DNA of 64,000 nucleotides from Vicugna vicugna (Eukaryota): the NCBI GenBank assembly GCA_013265495.1, contig MU058791.1, forward strand, positions 498,001 through 562,000, read 5' to 3'. Of the stretch, positions 62,449 through 64,000 are shown piece after piece; positions within the stretch are counted from its first letter, which is position 1, and each line of letters starts with the position of its first letter. Under the pieces are notes generated by a model, which worked only from the letters and a program-made list of their open reading frames with translations, searched no databases and was not told the DNA's origin. Both the position numbers and the translations under genes were made by a program.

Positions 62449-62774
62449 GCAGGGGTCGGCGATCTTTTTTGGTAAAGGGCCAGTTAATAGGCTTTTTTAG
62501 CTTTGTGAGCCGCACGGCCTGGGATACCAGTCATCTAGGACTTTGTAGACCAGAAGCAGCCACATGCAATATGTCACTCCAACCAAGGCTGTGAGCTAAT
62601 ACAACTTTATTTACACACTGAAATTTGAATTTCATACCATTCTGTGTTGCAAACTTTTTCTTTTTACCATTTAAAAATTTAAAAAACATGTTTAGCTCAG
62701 AAGCCATACAAAAGTATGCCGGATGTGACCAGCTGACCAGACGGAGCCTGAAGGTCAAGGTATGCTGACCTCTG
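62449..62774. mobile_element. MER58B-like hAT MITE
   Basis: TIR-like ends caggggtcggc...gctgacctctg; internal gtaaagggccag, aaactttattta, ttgaatttcata. Confidence 0.75.
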
Positions 62775-64000
62775 GGCTACTATGGAGAAATCACACTACA
62801 TAATAATGTCTGCAAACCTTCACTCAGAAAACCAACACAAGTAGTTCACTCAGAATGTCCATGATTTGACCTACTCTAAATTGCCAGTATTTCCAGAACT
62901 TGGATATTTCAAGTCCAAACAAATGTCATGTCCATAAAAGACTCCATCGAACTGAAATGCTTTTGATTTTGAATGATCTTCTGTTTCCTTCTACGGTACA
63001 GATTATTGAATGGGGCATCCAACACTCCAAAAATGACGATTATCCATGAAAAATACAGGACCCAGTCACGATGCATGTCACCTGTGAGACTCCCATGGCA
63101 GCCCTGCAAACCTCCATGGCCATCTGACTCCCATTTTTGGCACATGCGCAAGCCCACCTAGACACCACCAGTTGTCACTCACAGCTGAGTACTTCATCCT
63201 GTCACCACAAACCACCCACGACAGCACACTGTCCCTCAACCTTCTTGACGAATTATCATTTCTTTTAAAAATGTTTAGAATAATTCTATGACTGTTCAGA
63301 CACGCCTGGTATTCAGGCTCCTCACTCTGCTGAATCGAGTTATGAGTCACCAAAATTGTTTACTTCCATTTCCCTCAAGAGTCCCGTAAGGCTCTGTTAA
63401 ATACTAAGCGCTCCTAATCCAAATAAAATACAACTTAATTCACTTTACAAGGACATACGTGTTAAGCAACCTGTAGGCTTTTACTTAAGAAAATCCTACC
63501 ACTTGCTGATTGGAATTCCACAACCCAGTCTACTCCGTCCCTTCGGATTCTGCGTCCCGTCTGAAAACACCACCTTTTGGAGACAAAGCCCTGTTATTTC
63601 CAGGCCCGTCCACAGTTAACTGGGGCAGAATGCTGGGCACGAGGGGAGAAGAGTTCCAAGTGAACCTGGGGATCACCTGGTTTGTAACCAAGACCCAGAT
63701 CCAGTAACTTCACCCTTGTTGCAGTGCCTTGTGACCACTGTGTCGCCGTCTTCTGCCAAATCACCATCCCCACAGTCCCAAAGAAAAACTGTCTTATCGC
63801 ATCACTCTATGCTTTTCAAGATTTACTAAGCTGTCCCAGAAGCTCAGCATTAAACTCTTCAGACCAATTCCCCTTCATCTAGTGTTTCTGTGGTGCAGGA
63901 ATATGGTGATGATGGACATGAATGGGCCCCCTACCCATCACAGCTGGCGAGTCAGCACACAGATCCAGCAGCAGACCCCCAACCCACTCCTTACCTGCTT

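Larger units (their letters stand above)
30132..64000 (-). other. CCDC3: Inferred last intron of CCDC3 (upstream exons lie outside the window)
   Basis: Splice acceptor at 30132-30133. No other CCDC3-like coding segment seen upstream on minus. Recalled human gene structure has a very long last intron. Confidence 0.7.

Overview
This is mammalian genomic DNA, very likely camelid (camel/alpaca/llama), judged from tRNA-Ala-derived Vic-1-type SINEs and camelid-type L1 3' ends. It is not prokaryotic, and most ORF-track entries are chance or repeat-derived frames. The only recognisable host coding sequence is the last coding exon of CCDC3 (minus strand, 29856-30131), with a ~1.1 kb 3' UTR ending at an AATAAA near 28790. 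Bases ~30132-64000 are therefore inferred to be the long last intron of CCDC3, and 1-28.7 kb is downstream intergenic DNA. The rest is a dense mix of L1, L2, MIR, MLT/ERV LTRs and hAT MER elements; family names are from recall and their boundaries are approximate. The most unexplained structure is an isolated, diverged 102-103 bp tandem array (5 full units plus partial ends, 47562-48102) in the intron, with an invariant CCATCTCTTAT core and internal inverted repeats. Other unusual retro-junctions include a polyadenylated 'processed' ERV copy, an L1 fragment flanked by a 52 bp duplication, an L1/SINE-tail chimera inside one TSD pair, a SINE-L1 microhomology fusion and a twin-primed L1.
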